The position numbers were made by a program, and so were the translations under genes. Shown here piece by piece: positions 11,248-19,643 of a stretch of DNA of 64,000 nucleotides. Under the pieces are notes generated by a model. That model had not been told where the DNA came from, did no database searches, and saw only the letters and a program-made list of their open reading frames with translations. Location of the stretch: the NCBI GenBank assembly GCA_041690395.1, contig JAWLHJ010000004.1, forward strand, positions 529,365 through 593,364, read 5' to 3'. Every line of letters starts with the position of its first letter. Position 1 is the first letter of the stretch. The stretch comes from Longimicrobiales bacterium (GTDB lineage Bacteria; Gemmatimonadota; Gemmatimonadetes; Longimicrobiales; Gaopeijiaceae).

Positions 11248-11898
11248 TTAAACCTTCGCGGCCCCGAAGGTTTCGGGGTAGCGCCCCGAGAGCAGATCCC
11301 GGATGCGGCGGTGTACTTCTTCCAGCGTCCCCGCCGCGGAGATCGTCGCCACCCCCGCCTCCCCGGCCGAGAGCTCGAGGTACCCCTCCCTGACCCTGGT
11401 CAGGAAGGCGCTTCCGGCTCGCTCGATCCGGTCCGGATCCGCGCCCGACCTCCGTTGCCTCGCGGCGCCGTCCGCCACGGGCAGGTCGAGCAGCACGTAG
11501 AGATCGGGACGAAGCCCGCCGGTGGCGAAGTCGATGCCCGACCGCACGGCGTCGAGGTCCAACCCGCGCCCGTAACCCTGGTACGCGAGCGTCGACAGGG
11601 CGAACCGGTCCGCGAGCACGACCTTCCCCGCCTGCAGCGCGGGGCGAACCACGTCGCGGACGAAGGCGGCGCGTGCCGCCAGGATGAGGAGGAGCTCGGT
11701 CTCCGCCGGGACGTCGAGCTCGGCTCGACCGAGCAGAACTTCGCGGATCGCCTCGCCGACGGGCGTGCCGCCGGGCTCTCGCGCGGTCACGTGTGGCACG
11801 CCCAACTCGCGCATCCACTCGGAGAGCAACGCGACCTGGGTGGTCTTGCCGACCCCCTCGCCGCCTTCCAGCACCAGGAACAGCCCTCGTTCGCTCAT
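11248..11898 (-). CDS. tmk: Thymidylate kinase
   Basis: FLVLEGGEGVGKTTQ, REPGGT, DRFALSTLAYQGYGRG. Confidence 0.96.
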   Translation of the reverse strand: MSERGLFLVLEGGEGVGKTTQVALLSEWMRELGVPHVTAREPGGTPVGEAIREVLLGRAELDVPAETELLLILAARAAFVRDVVRPALQAGKVVLADRFALSTLAYQGYGRGLDLDAVRSGIDFATGGLRPDLYVLLDLPVADGAARQRRSGADPDRIERAGSAFLTRVREGYLELSAGEAGVATISAAGTLEEVHRRIRDLLSGRYPETFGAAKV

Positions 11899-11982
11899 CG
11901 GGTCAGGCTCCGTGCCAGGCGCCACGCGAGCGGGTGCGGCACGGCCCCTCGAGGCACCGCGCCGCACCGCGTCCGGGCGACT

Positions 11983-13299
11983 TCAGTCGTAGTACTCGAC
12001 GCCGAGGTGGGTGATCATCTCCTCGCCCATCATCCAGCGCAGCGTGTTCTTCAGCTTCCAGTGCTGGATGAAGATGTCGTGCTCCGGATACAGGCCGGGG
12101 GCGGTCTGCGGGCTCTTGAAGTAGAACGAGAGCCACTCCTGGATGCCGCTCATGCCGGCGCGCGACGCGAGGTCCAGGAAGATCGCCAGGTCGAGCACGA
12201 TGGGCGCGGCCAGGATGGAATCCCTGCAAAGGAAGTCCACCTTGATCTGCATGCCGTACCCCATCCACCCGAAGATGTCGATGTTGTCCCAGCCTTCCTT
12301 GTTGTCCCCACGCGGCGGGTAGTAGTTGATCCGCACCTTGTGGTACATATCCGCGTAGAGCTCGGGGTACATCTGGGGCTGGAGGATGCTCTCCAGGACG
12401 CCGAGCTTCGAGACCTCCTTGGTCTTGAACGACTCGGGATCGTCCAGTACCTCGCCGTCCCGGTTCCCCAGGATGTTGGTGCTGAACCAGCCGGAGACGC
12501 CGAGCATGCGCGTCTTGAAGCCCGGCGCGAGGATGGTCTTCATCAGGGTCTGGCCCGTCTTGAAGTCCTTCCCGCAGATCGGCACGCCCTTCTCCTTCGC
12601 CAGGTCCTCGAGGGCCTTGAAGTCGGCCGAGAGGTTCGGGGCGCCGTTGGCGTAGGGGACGCCCTCCATGATCGCGGCATACGCGTAGAGCTGGCTCGGC
12701 GCGATGTCGTCGTGGTTCTCTTCCATCCCCTTCTCGAACGACTCGAGCGTCTCGTGCACCGCGCTCGGGCGAACGTAGACTTCGGTCGAACCGCACCAGA
12801 CCATGACCAGACGGTCGCAGCCGTTGTCCTTCTTGAAGTTCCGGATGTCTTCCCGGAGCTGTTCCGCCAGCTCCCGCTTGTTCGCGGCCTTCTTCACGTT
12901 CGGGCCGTTCAGCTTCTTCACGTACCTCGTGTCGAACGCGGCCGGCATCGGCTTGATGGCGGACAGGAAGTCCTTGATCGGCTCGATGTGCTCGTGGCGG
13001 TCCAGGACACCGGCGTTCACGGCGCTCTCGTAACCGTCGTCGGCGATGGGATCCCAGGCCCCGAAGACGAGGTCGTCGAGCCCGGACAGCGGCACGAAGT
13101 CCTTGATGAGCGGGCTGTTCCCGTCGGTGCGCTTGCCGAGGCGGATGGTGCTCATCTGCGTCAGGCTACCGATCGGCTTGGCGAGGCCCCGGCGCGCGGC
13201 TTCGACGCCCGCCACGAAGGTGGTCGCCACGGCCCCGAAACCGGGGAGGAGCACGCCGAGCTTGCCCTCGGCCGGTTTGATCTCAGTCGGTTGCTTCAC
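11983..13299 (-). CDS. ino1: Inositol-3-phosphate synthase
   Basis: GFGAVATT, NGAP, GKDFKTGQT, NILGNRDG, DNKEGWD, CRDSILAAP. Confidence 0.94.
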   Translation of the reverse strand: MKQPTEIKPAEGKLGVLLPGFGAVATTFVAGVEAARRGLAKPIGSLTQMSTIRLGKRTDGNSPLIKDFVPLSGLDDLVFGAWDPIADDGYESAVNAGVLDRHEHIEPIKDFLSAIKPMPAAFDTRYVKKLNGPNVKKAANKRELAEQLREDIRNFKKDNGCDRLVMVWCGSTEVYVRPSAVHETLESFEKGMEENHDDIAPSQLYAYAAIMEGVPYANGAPNLSADFKALEDLAKEKGVPICGKDFKTGQTLMKTILAPGFKTRMLGVSGWFSTNILGNRDGEVLDDPESFKTKEVSKLGVLESILQPQMYPELYADMYHKVRINYYPPRGDNKEGWDNIDIFGWMGYGMQIKVDFLCRDSILAAPIVLDLAIFLDLASRAGMSGIQEWLSFYFKSPQTAPGLYPEHDIFIQHWKLKNTLRWMMGEEMITHLGVEYYD

Positions 13300-13353
13300 G
13301 TTGGTCCTCGTTCGGTGTTGTGGATCGGCCCCCGTCGCGCGTGAGCCTTGGTG

Positions 13354-13710
13354 TCACGTGAGGATGATGCGGCTCCGTGCGCCTTCTTCGATACCCTCGG
13401 AGACGGTCTCGTTCACCTTGTGCATGACCTTCTCGAAGTTCGCCTGCGCCGCGATGACCCGCTGGAAGGCGGGCCGCTGCTGCAGCTCCTCGGCCACGTC
13501 CTGGTACTCGGTGCGGAGCTCTTCGGTGGGCTGCTTGCCCGCGCGGATCTCCGCCTCGAGCTGCGACTCCAGCTTCTCGATGCGATTTCGAAGCTCGACA
13601 AGCTCGCGGTCCTCGTCCACCGCGTCCATCGCGCGGCGCAGCGCCTGGTACTCGTCCGAGCGCGCGATCGCGTTCCCGAGGTCCTTCGCCTTCTCCATGA
13701 TGCTCGACAT
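13354..13710 (-). CDS. YlbF/YmcA (Com_YlbF) family protein
   Basis: IMEKAKDLGNAIARSDEYQAL...AAQANFEKVMHKVNETV helical pattern of the YlbF family; GGAGG before the ATG. Confidence 0.8.
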   Translation of the reverse strand: MSSIMEKAKDLGNAIARSDEYQALRRAMDAVDEDRELVELRNRIEKLESQLEAEIRAGKQPTEELRTEYQDVAEELQQRPAFQRVIAAQANFEKVMHKVNETVSEGIEEGARSRIILT

Positions 13711-13739
13711 CGGTCGTGCCTCCTTCAGTCTGCTTTCGT

Positions 13740-14648
13740 TCAGTCGATACGGCCGGCGGAGCGCTCCGCCAAGACGACGCGCTCCCTGCCGGCCAGGTCC
13801 GCTCTCACGGTCACGCTGTCCCACCCTTCCATCCCTCCGAGCAGCCCCTCGACCGCTCCAGCCTGTCCGGCGCCGATCTCCAGCGCCAGCAGCCCACCGT
13901 CCCGGAGCCGCGCCGGCGCGCCGGCCACGATCCTCCGGATGACGTCCAGTCCGTCCGGGCCCGCGAACAGCGCGCCCTCCGGCTCCCATTCCAGGACCTC
14001 GGGCTGCAGCCCGGGCCGTTCCCGCTCCGCCACGTAGGGCGGGTTGGAGACGACGACGTCGAACCGCTCGTCCTCCGTCAGCGGCTCGAAGTCCGCGCCT
14101 TCGCGGAGGTCGACCCGCTCGTCCAGCCCCGCCGCCGCCCGGTTGAGAGCGGCCACGTCGAGCGCGGCCACGGAGCGATCCGTGGCGACGACCCGACGGA
14201 AGGGGCCCTCCACGGCGAGCGAGAGCGCGATGGCTCCCGACCCGGTCCCCAGATCGAGCGCATCCAGGTCCCCGCCTTCCGGGGCCCGCCCGCGCGCCCA
14301 GCCAAGCACCTCCTCGACCAGCACTTCCGTCTCCGGCCGCGGGATCAGCACGCGTCCGTCGACGAGCAGATCCAGCTCCCGGAAGGGCTGACTTCCAACG
14401 ATATATTGTAGCGGCTCACGACGCGCGCGTCTCTTCACCAGCGGGCGGAAGCCGTCGAGCTCCTCGGGCGTCAGGGGTCTGTCGTATTGCAGGTACAGAT
14501 CCAACCGCTTCAGGCCGAGCGCGTGGGCGAGCAGGTGCTCTCCTTCGAGTCGGGCCCGGTCCACGCCCTTGGCCGCGAGGTAGTCGGCGGTCCAGAGGAT
14601 CATGCGCAGGACTGTCCACGTGTCCGGCCCTCCGTCCACCCCCGTCAC
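13740..14648 (-). CDS. prmC: Release factor glutamine methyltransferase
   Basis: REPLQYIVG, LIPRPETE, DLGTGSGAIA, SNPPY. Confidence 0.96.
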   Translation of the reverse strand: MTGVDGGPDTWTVLRMILWTADYLAAKGVDRARLEGEHLLAHALGLKRLDLYLQYDRPLTPEELDGFRPLVKRRARREPLQYIVGSQPFRELDLLVDGRVLIPRPETEVLVEEVLGWARGRAPEGGDLDALDLGTGSGAIALSLAVEGPFRRVVATDRSVAALDVAALNRAAAGLDERVDLREGADFEPLTEDERFDVVVSNPPYVAERERPGLQPEVLEWEPEGALFAGPDGLDVIRRIVAGAPARLRDGGLLALEIGAGQAGAVEGLLGGMEGWDSVTVRADLAGRERVVLAERSAGRID

Positions 14649-14656
14649 CGCGACGA

Positions 14657-15751
14657 TCAGGCTTCCGAGGCCGCGAGACGCTCTTCCTCCGCGGCGATGC
14701 GGAGGGAGGCGATGATCTCGTCGAGATCCCCGTCGAGGATGTCCGACAGGCTGTGGAGGGTCAGGCCGATGCGGTGGTCCGTCACGCGGCTCTGCGGGAA
14801 GTTGTACGTGCGGATCTTGGCGGAGCGGTCTCCCGTGCCGACCTGGGTCTTCCGCTCCCGCGAGCGCTCGGCCTCGCGCTCCGCGACCAGGCGGTCGAGG
14901 AGGCGGCTACGCAGCACCTTCATCGCCTTGTTCTTGTTCTTGAGCTGGGACTTCTCGTCCTGGCACGACACGACGACGCCCGTCGGGATATGGGTGATGC
15001 GGACCGCCGAATCGGTCGTGTTCACGGACTGCCCCCCGGGGCCGGACGACCGGAACACGTCGATGCGCAGGTCGTTCGGGTCGATCTGGAGATCGACCTC
15101 CTCGGCCTCCGGGAGCACCGCGACCGTCGCGGCCGACGTATGGATGCGTCCTTGGCTCTCCGTCTCGGGCACGCGCTGCACGCGATGGACCCCGGACTCG
15201 TAGCGGAGTCGTCCGTACGCGCCCTTCCCCTTCACCGTGAAGACGGCCTCCTTGATGGCGCCGGGAATACCCTCCGACACGCTCATGAGCTCCACGCTCC
15301 ACCCTTCGCGTTCCGCCATCCGGCGATACATGCGGAAGAGGTCGGCGGCGAACAGGCCGGCTTCGTCGCCACCCGTGCCCGCGCGGATCTCGAGCACGGC
15401 GGCGCGGTCGGCGAGCGGGTCCGGCGGAATGAGGAGCTCCTTGACCCGGTCCTGCAGCTTGCCGATCCGTTCGTCGAGCGACTCGATCTCGCCCTCGGCG
15501 AGCGCGGCCATCTCTTCGTCGTCGGACTCGGCCAGCTCCCGGGCGCCCGCGCGCTCCTCGACCAGCGAGCGCAGCTCCCGGCCGGCCTCGACGACCGGCT
15601 CCAGGTGCGCCCGCTCCTGACCGAGCTTCCTCAGGCTGTCGGGATTCGACAACACCTCGGGGCTCGCCAGGCCGGCATCGACTTCTGCGAAGCGCGACTC
15701 CGCTTCACGGAGTCGCTCCTCGAGTCGGGGGTCCAACGCGTCGGGCTTCAT
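14657..15751 (-). CDS. prfA: Peptide chain release factor 1
   Basis: GGQ motif, PET anticodon-mimic (VPETE), RTYNFPQ; adjacent to prmC. Confidence 0.97.
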   Translation of the reverse strand: MKPDALDPRLEERLREAESRFAEVDAGLASPEVLSNPDSLRKLGQERAHLEPVVEAGRELRSLVEERAGARELAESDDEEMAALAEGEIESLDERIGKLQDRVKELLIPPDPLADRAAVLEIRAGTGGDEAGLFAADLFRMYRRMAEREGWSVELMSVSEGIPGAIKEAVFTVKGKGAYGRLRYESGVHRVQRVPETESQGRIHTSAATVAVLPEAEEVDLQIDPNDLRIDVFRSSGPGGQSVNTTDSAVRITHIPTGVVVSCQDEKSQLKNKNKAMKVLRSRLLDRLVAEREAERSRERKTQVGTGDRSAKIRTYNFPQSRVTDHRIGLTLHSLSDILDGDLDEIIASLRIAAEEERLAASEA

Positions 15752-15784
15752 GGGAGTGCAGGCGGGAAAAGGACCCGCACAGGG

Positions 15785-15991
15785 TCACTTTCCGGCTTTC
15801 TCGTACTTCCTCTTGAAGCGGTCGACACGACCGGCGGTGTCGACGAGGCGCTGCTTGCCCGTGTAGAACGGGTGGCAGACGGCGCAGATCTCCACGTGGA
15901 TCTCTTCCACCGTGGACATGGTCTCGAACCGATTTCCGCACGCGCAAACGACGTTGGTCGGCGTGGATTCGGGATGAATGCCCTGCTTCAT
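15785..15991 (-). CDS. rpmE: 50S ribosomal protein L31 (zinc-binding type)
   Basis: [32 protein letters not shown]. Confidence 0.97.
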   Translation of the reverse strand: MKQGIHPESTPTNVVCACGNRFETMSTVEEIHVEICAVCHPFYTGKQRLVDTAGRVDRFKRKYEKAGK

Positions 15992-16086
15992 GTCCTGCTC
16001 CAAACGTCCAAGGGGGCCGGCAGGGGCGCACGCGCCCGGCCGAGCTTCCGGGTCCGATTTCCGACCGGTCCCGGTATAGACTGGAA

Positions 16087-16115
16087 AAGTTACCGCGACC
16101 CGGGCCGAGGGTCCA
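16087..16115 (-). promoter_or_regulatory. Putative rpmE promoter (TGGACC-N17-TAACTT)
   Basis: Spacing and position about 95 nt upstream of the rpmE ATG. Confidence 0.45.
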
Positions 16116-16184
16116 GGGAGCGCGTCGGTGCTCGTGCTGTTCCGGAGGGCGGGCGACACCGGACCGGCTGGGCCAGGACGCCGG

Positions 16185-16369
16185 TCTCGTCCGCACGCGC
16201 TTCGAAAGTCGTTCGAAAGTCGAACGAAGCTCGAAGAGCCGCGACCCGTGGGTATGAGACCCTATGTCCTTGCCACCTCTGGTCATCGGGGCCCACGTCC
16301 GTTCGACGGTGACGGACGAGATCGTTCGAGACTCGAACGAGTCTCAATGTGGCGAAGAAAGGCGCCACA
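16185..16369. other. Structured intergenic element (candidate ncRNA or operator array)
   Basis: Two TCGTTCGA-N3-TCGAACGA palindromes, long-range pairing 16185-16193/16313-16321, further hairpins. Confidence 0.4.
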
Positions 16370-16384
16370 GCGCCTGGTCGCCGC

Positions 16385-17908
16385 TCAAGCTGCGGCGGCT
16401 CGGGCACGCCGGCCGATCCCCGGCAGCACGACGAGCCCCACCAGGAGGAGCGTCGACCCGAGCCCTACCAGATCCCCGGTGCGTGTGTAGAGCGTCACGA
16501 TCGAGCCGGATCGCACCACGCCCGTCGCGACACGGGTTTCCGGGCCAGGCGACAGGCGGGCACTCACTCGCCCGCTCGGGTCCACCACGTACGAGGCCCC
16601 ACCGTTGGCGCTCCGGACCGCGCCGACGCGATGCTCGATGGCCCGCATCACCAGGTGGGCCGCGTGCTGCTCCCGGCCCGCGCGCCCGAGCCCTCCGCTC
16701 GCGCCGAACCAGGCGTCGTTACTCACGTTCACGAGCAGGTCGGCGCCGGCGAGCCGCGCGTCGCGGGCCGCCTCCGGGAAGATCGCCTCCCAGCAGACCA
16801 GCGGTCCGAGCACCCGGCCACCGTCGCGCAGGGCGACGACGGGCGCCACCGCGGTCGAGCCTCCGGCCGCCGACGCGTCGCTGGGCCACCACTCGACCAG
16901 GGGCACCAGGCGCCGCTTCCGGTACAGCGCCGGGGCCGCACCGTCCGGGCGGGCGAGCACCGCGAGGTTCTGGGGTGCCGTCCGGCCCCTATCCACGTAG
17001 GCGCCGAGAAGGATCGAGACGTCCCGCTCGGCGGATGCCGAGCGCGCCCGCTCCACCAGGAGCGCCCCGTCGAGCCCCTCCGGCCCGGCCATGGCGAGGC
17101 CCTCGGGAAGCACCAACAGGTCGACGGCCTCGCCCCCCGGCGCGGCCGGCGCTGGCTCCACCGCCATGTCCAGCGCGACGTCCAGCACGGCGCTGGCTCG
17201 CTCGCGCCAGGCCGCGGTATCACGCCGCGCGGCGGCCGGAACGTCCGAGGCCACGACCGCCACGCGAGCCATGGGCACGGTCGTGAGCGTCCGAGCACGC
17301 GCGAGGCCCCACGCGGCGGGAGCCAAGACCACCGCGGCCAGGGCCAGCCCGATCCGCGCGCGCGCCCGTCGCGGCGACAGCAGCGCCGTCGCCAGAACGC
17401 CGCTGACGAGGGCGAGCCAGAACGCCACACCACGCGCGCCGACCAGCTCGGCCATGCCGACGAGCTCCGGATAACCGGTGAGCGACGTCCCGAGGCCGAG
17501 CCAGGGAAACGCCAGGGGGCCCGGAAGGTGGCCCTGGAGCCATTCCATGGCCGTCCAACCCACGGGAAGCGCCAGCCACATCGGCGCCCGGGCTCGGTGC
17601 ACCATCCGGTGCAGCGTCCATCCGAAGGCGGTCGTGAGACCCGCCAGCAACCCGACGACGAAAAGGAGCGCGAGAGGGGCCCAGCGCGTCGTCCACCACA
17701 GGGCCGGCGCGATCCAGTGGAGAAGCAGGCCGTGCATGACCACGCCGAGGAGGAGCCCCCCGCGCGCGGCCGCCGCGGCGCCGTCGGCACCGGCCGGAAG
17801 GCGGGCTACCCACACGGCGAATGGAACGAGCGCCAGGAACGGAGGGACGAGCAGGTGCAGCGGCGGGAAGCACGCCGCGAGCAGGAGCCCGGACGCGGCG
17901 GGAAACAA
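16385..17908 (-). CDS. lnt: Apolipoprotein N-acyltransferase
   Basis: TM-rich N-terminus, FPW, LPE, YRKRRLVP, VCWEAIFP, NVSNDAWFG, RSANGG. Confidence 0.92.
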   Translation of the reverse strand: MFPAASGLLLAACFPPLHLLVPPFLALVPFAVWVARLPAGADGAAAAARGGLLLGVVMHGLLLHWIAPALWWTTRWAPLALLFVVGLLAGLTTAFGWTLHRMVHRARAPMWLALPVGWTAMEWLQGHLPGPLAFPWLGLGTSLTGYPELVGMAELVGARGVAFWLALVSGVLATALLSPRRARARIGLALAAVVLAPAAWGLARARTLTTVPMARVAVVASDVPAAARRDTAAWRERASAVLDVALDMAVEPAPAAPGGEAVDLLVLPEGLAMAGPEGLDGALLVERARSASAERDVSILLGAYVDRGRTAPQNLAVLARPDGAAPALYRKRRLVPLVEWWPSDASAAGGSTAVAPVVALRDGGRVLGPLVCWEAIFPEAARDARLAGADLLVNVSNDAWFGASGGLGRAGREQHAAHLVMRAIEHRVGAVRSANGGASYVVDPSGRVSARLSPGPETRVATGVVRSGSIVTLYTRTGDLVGLGSTLLLVGLVVLPGIGRRARAAAA

Positions 17909-17928
17909 ACGCTCGCCCGAGCGCGCCG

Positions 17929-18945
17929 CTACGACAGCCTGACCTCCCGCCCGGACGCCGCCGCCTCGTAGGCTGCTTCCAGCAGCCGGAGAAGGTCGAC
18001 CTGCTCCCTGGGCAAGGGAACGTCCACCTGGCCCTTCACCGCGCGCACGAACTCGTCGAGCAGCCGCCGGTAAGCGTTGGTGTAGGGGTTCTCTCCCCCG
18101 CTGGGTGTCGGCTGGCGGGGCGTCACTTCGAGCGGCCGACCGCCGAGCTGGCGGAACACGCGGAGCGGCGGAAGCGCTCCGGAACCCTCGGTGCCGAGCA
18201 GACGCGCGTAGAAGCGGTCCTCACTGGCGTACAGCCGGTTGGTCACCTCGAGGGTGAGGGCCAGCCCGTTCTCGCCCTCGGCCATGAGCGTGGCGGCGTC
18301 CTCGACCTCGAACTCACCGTACGTCAGAATGCACGACACGCGCTCGATCCTGGGGGAGCCCGTGAGCCAGAGGCACAAGTCGAGCGCCGGCACGCCCAGG
18401 TCGATCAGCGCCCCACCCCCCGTGTCCCTCCGCTGCCGCCAGGTGGGCCGCGTCACGGTCGCGGGACGGGTCATCCAGCTGCCGCGGACCGAGTAGAGCC
18501 GCCCGAGCTCGCCTTCCGCGACCACGTTGCGCAGCGCGGACACCTCGGGGCGGAACCGGTGCGGCATCCCCACCATCAGGATTCGTCCGGTCCCCTCGGC
18601 CACGTCGACGATGTGCTTGGCGCCTTCCGACGTCGACGCCAGCGGGCGCTCGACGAGCACGTGCTTCCCGGCCTCGAGGGCGCGCACCGCCATACCTTCG
18701 TGGAGATGGTTCGGCGTGGTCAGCACGACCGCGTCGAGGTCCGGATCCTCCACGAGCGCCTCCCACTCCATCACCCGCGGCACACCGAACCGCTCCGCCA
18801 GGGTCTTCGCCTTGTGCGGATCGGCATCGGCGAGCGCCATGACATCGACGTCGGCGCGCTCGGTCAGGATCGGGACGTGCACGACCTGGCTGATCGCGCC
18901 GGTCCCCACGATGCCGAGGCGGATGGCCTCGGAGCGTTCGGTCAT
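17929..18945 (-). CDS. Gfo/Idh/MocA family oxidoreductase
   Basis: GIVGTGAI, TPNHLH, AGKHVLVERP, GGGALIDLG. Confidence 0.92.
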   Translation of the reverse strand: MTERSEAIRLGIVGTGAISQVVHVPILTERADVDVMALADADPHKAKTLAERFGVPRVMEWEALVEDPDLDAVVLTTPNHLHEGMAVRALEAGKHVLVERPLASTSEGAKHIVDVAEGTGRILMVGMPHRFRPEVSALRNVVAEGELGRLYSVRGSWMTRPATVTRPTWRQRRDTGGGALIDLGVPALDLCLWLTGSPRIERVSCILTYGEFEVEDAATLMAEGENGLALTLEVTNRLYASEDRFYARLLGTEGSGALPPLRVFRQLGGRPLEVTPRQPTPSGGENPYTNAYRRLLDEFVRAVKGQVDVPLPREQVDLLRLLEAAYEAAASGREVRLS

Positions 18946-19643
18946 CGTTTCTCCTCACCCGGAACGAGGTTACCCCAGAGGAACTGGCCTCCGAGCCGAA
19001 TCTGAAAATACTGCATGTCCTCGATGATCTCGTAACGTCCCTGGCTGTGGATCCGAAAGCGATCGGTCAGCGGGTACTCGAGTCCGAGATGCAGGTTGAA
19101 GCCGGCGCTCACGGAGTCGAGGAGATCCTCGATGAAGGTCCCCTCGATCGCGGCACCGCTTCCGTCCATCACGTGACCCGACACACCCAGCCCCGCGTAC
19201 GTCAGCACGTTGAACGGCACGGCCCACACGACGTGGGCGTCCAGCCCCAGCGAGTAGTCCGTCCACTCGATGGTGCCGAGGTCGACGCTCGGAGGCAGGG
19301 AGCCGGTCTGGCGCGACACGAGATCCGCGACGCGGTCCTCCAACGTGTTCACCTCCGAGGCCTGAAACGGCGACGACCAGTACGTGAAGCTCGGCACGAT
19401 GCGGAGCCCCGGCCCCAGATAGCCGAAGTCCAGGCGGAGGGTGTAGCTTTCCGTCCGCTCGACCCGGGTCGGGAAGAGGTAGCCGGCCTCGAAGCCGATC
19501 CCCCGGAACTCGAGGTGCTCGTAGTCGAGGTCCGCGAGATCCTGCGCCGTCACGGGGGCCGGCAGTCCACACAGGACCGCCGCCGCGACCGCCAGCGCCA
19601 GCCGGGCCGCGCTCCGCCGGATCCTTTCGCGTCCGTTCGTCAT
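18942..19643 (-). CDS. Exported protein, probable small outer-membrane beta-barrel
   Basis: Signal peptide (AVAAAVLCGLPAPVTA/Q), alternating amphipathic strands; start and stop overlap both neighbours. Confidence 0.65.
   Translation of the reverse strand: MTNGRERIRRSAARLALAVAAAVLCGLPAPVTAQDLADLDYEHLEFRGIGFEAGYLFPTRVERTESYTLRLDFGYLGPGLRIVPSFTYWSSPFQASEVNTLEDRVADLVSRQTGSLPPSVDLGTIEWTDYSLGLDAHVVWAVPFNVLTYAGLGVSGHVMDGSGAAIEGTFIEDLLDSVSAGFNLHLGLEYPLTDRFRIHSQGRYEIIEDMQYFQIRLGGQFLWGNLVPGEEKR

Noticed and set aside
16087..16098. Partial third copy of the GTTACCGCGG palindrome
   Set aside because: The right arm is missing and it is better explained as the rpmE -10 element (TAACTT)
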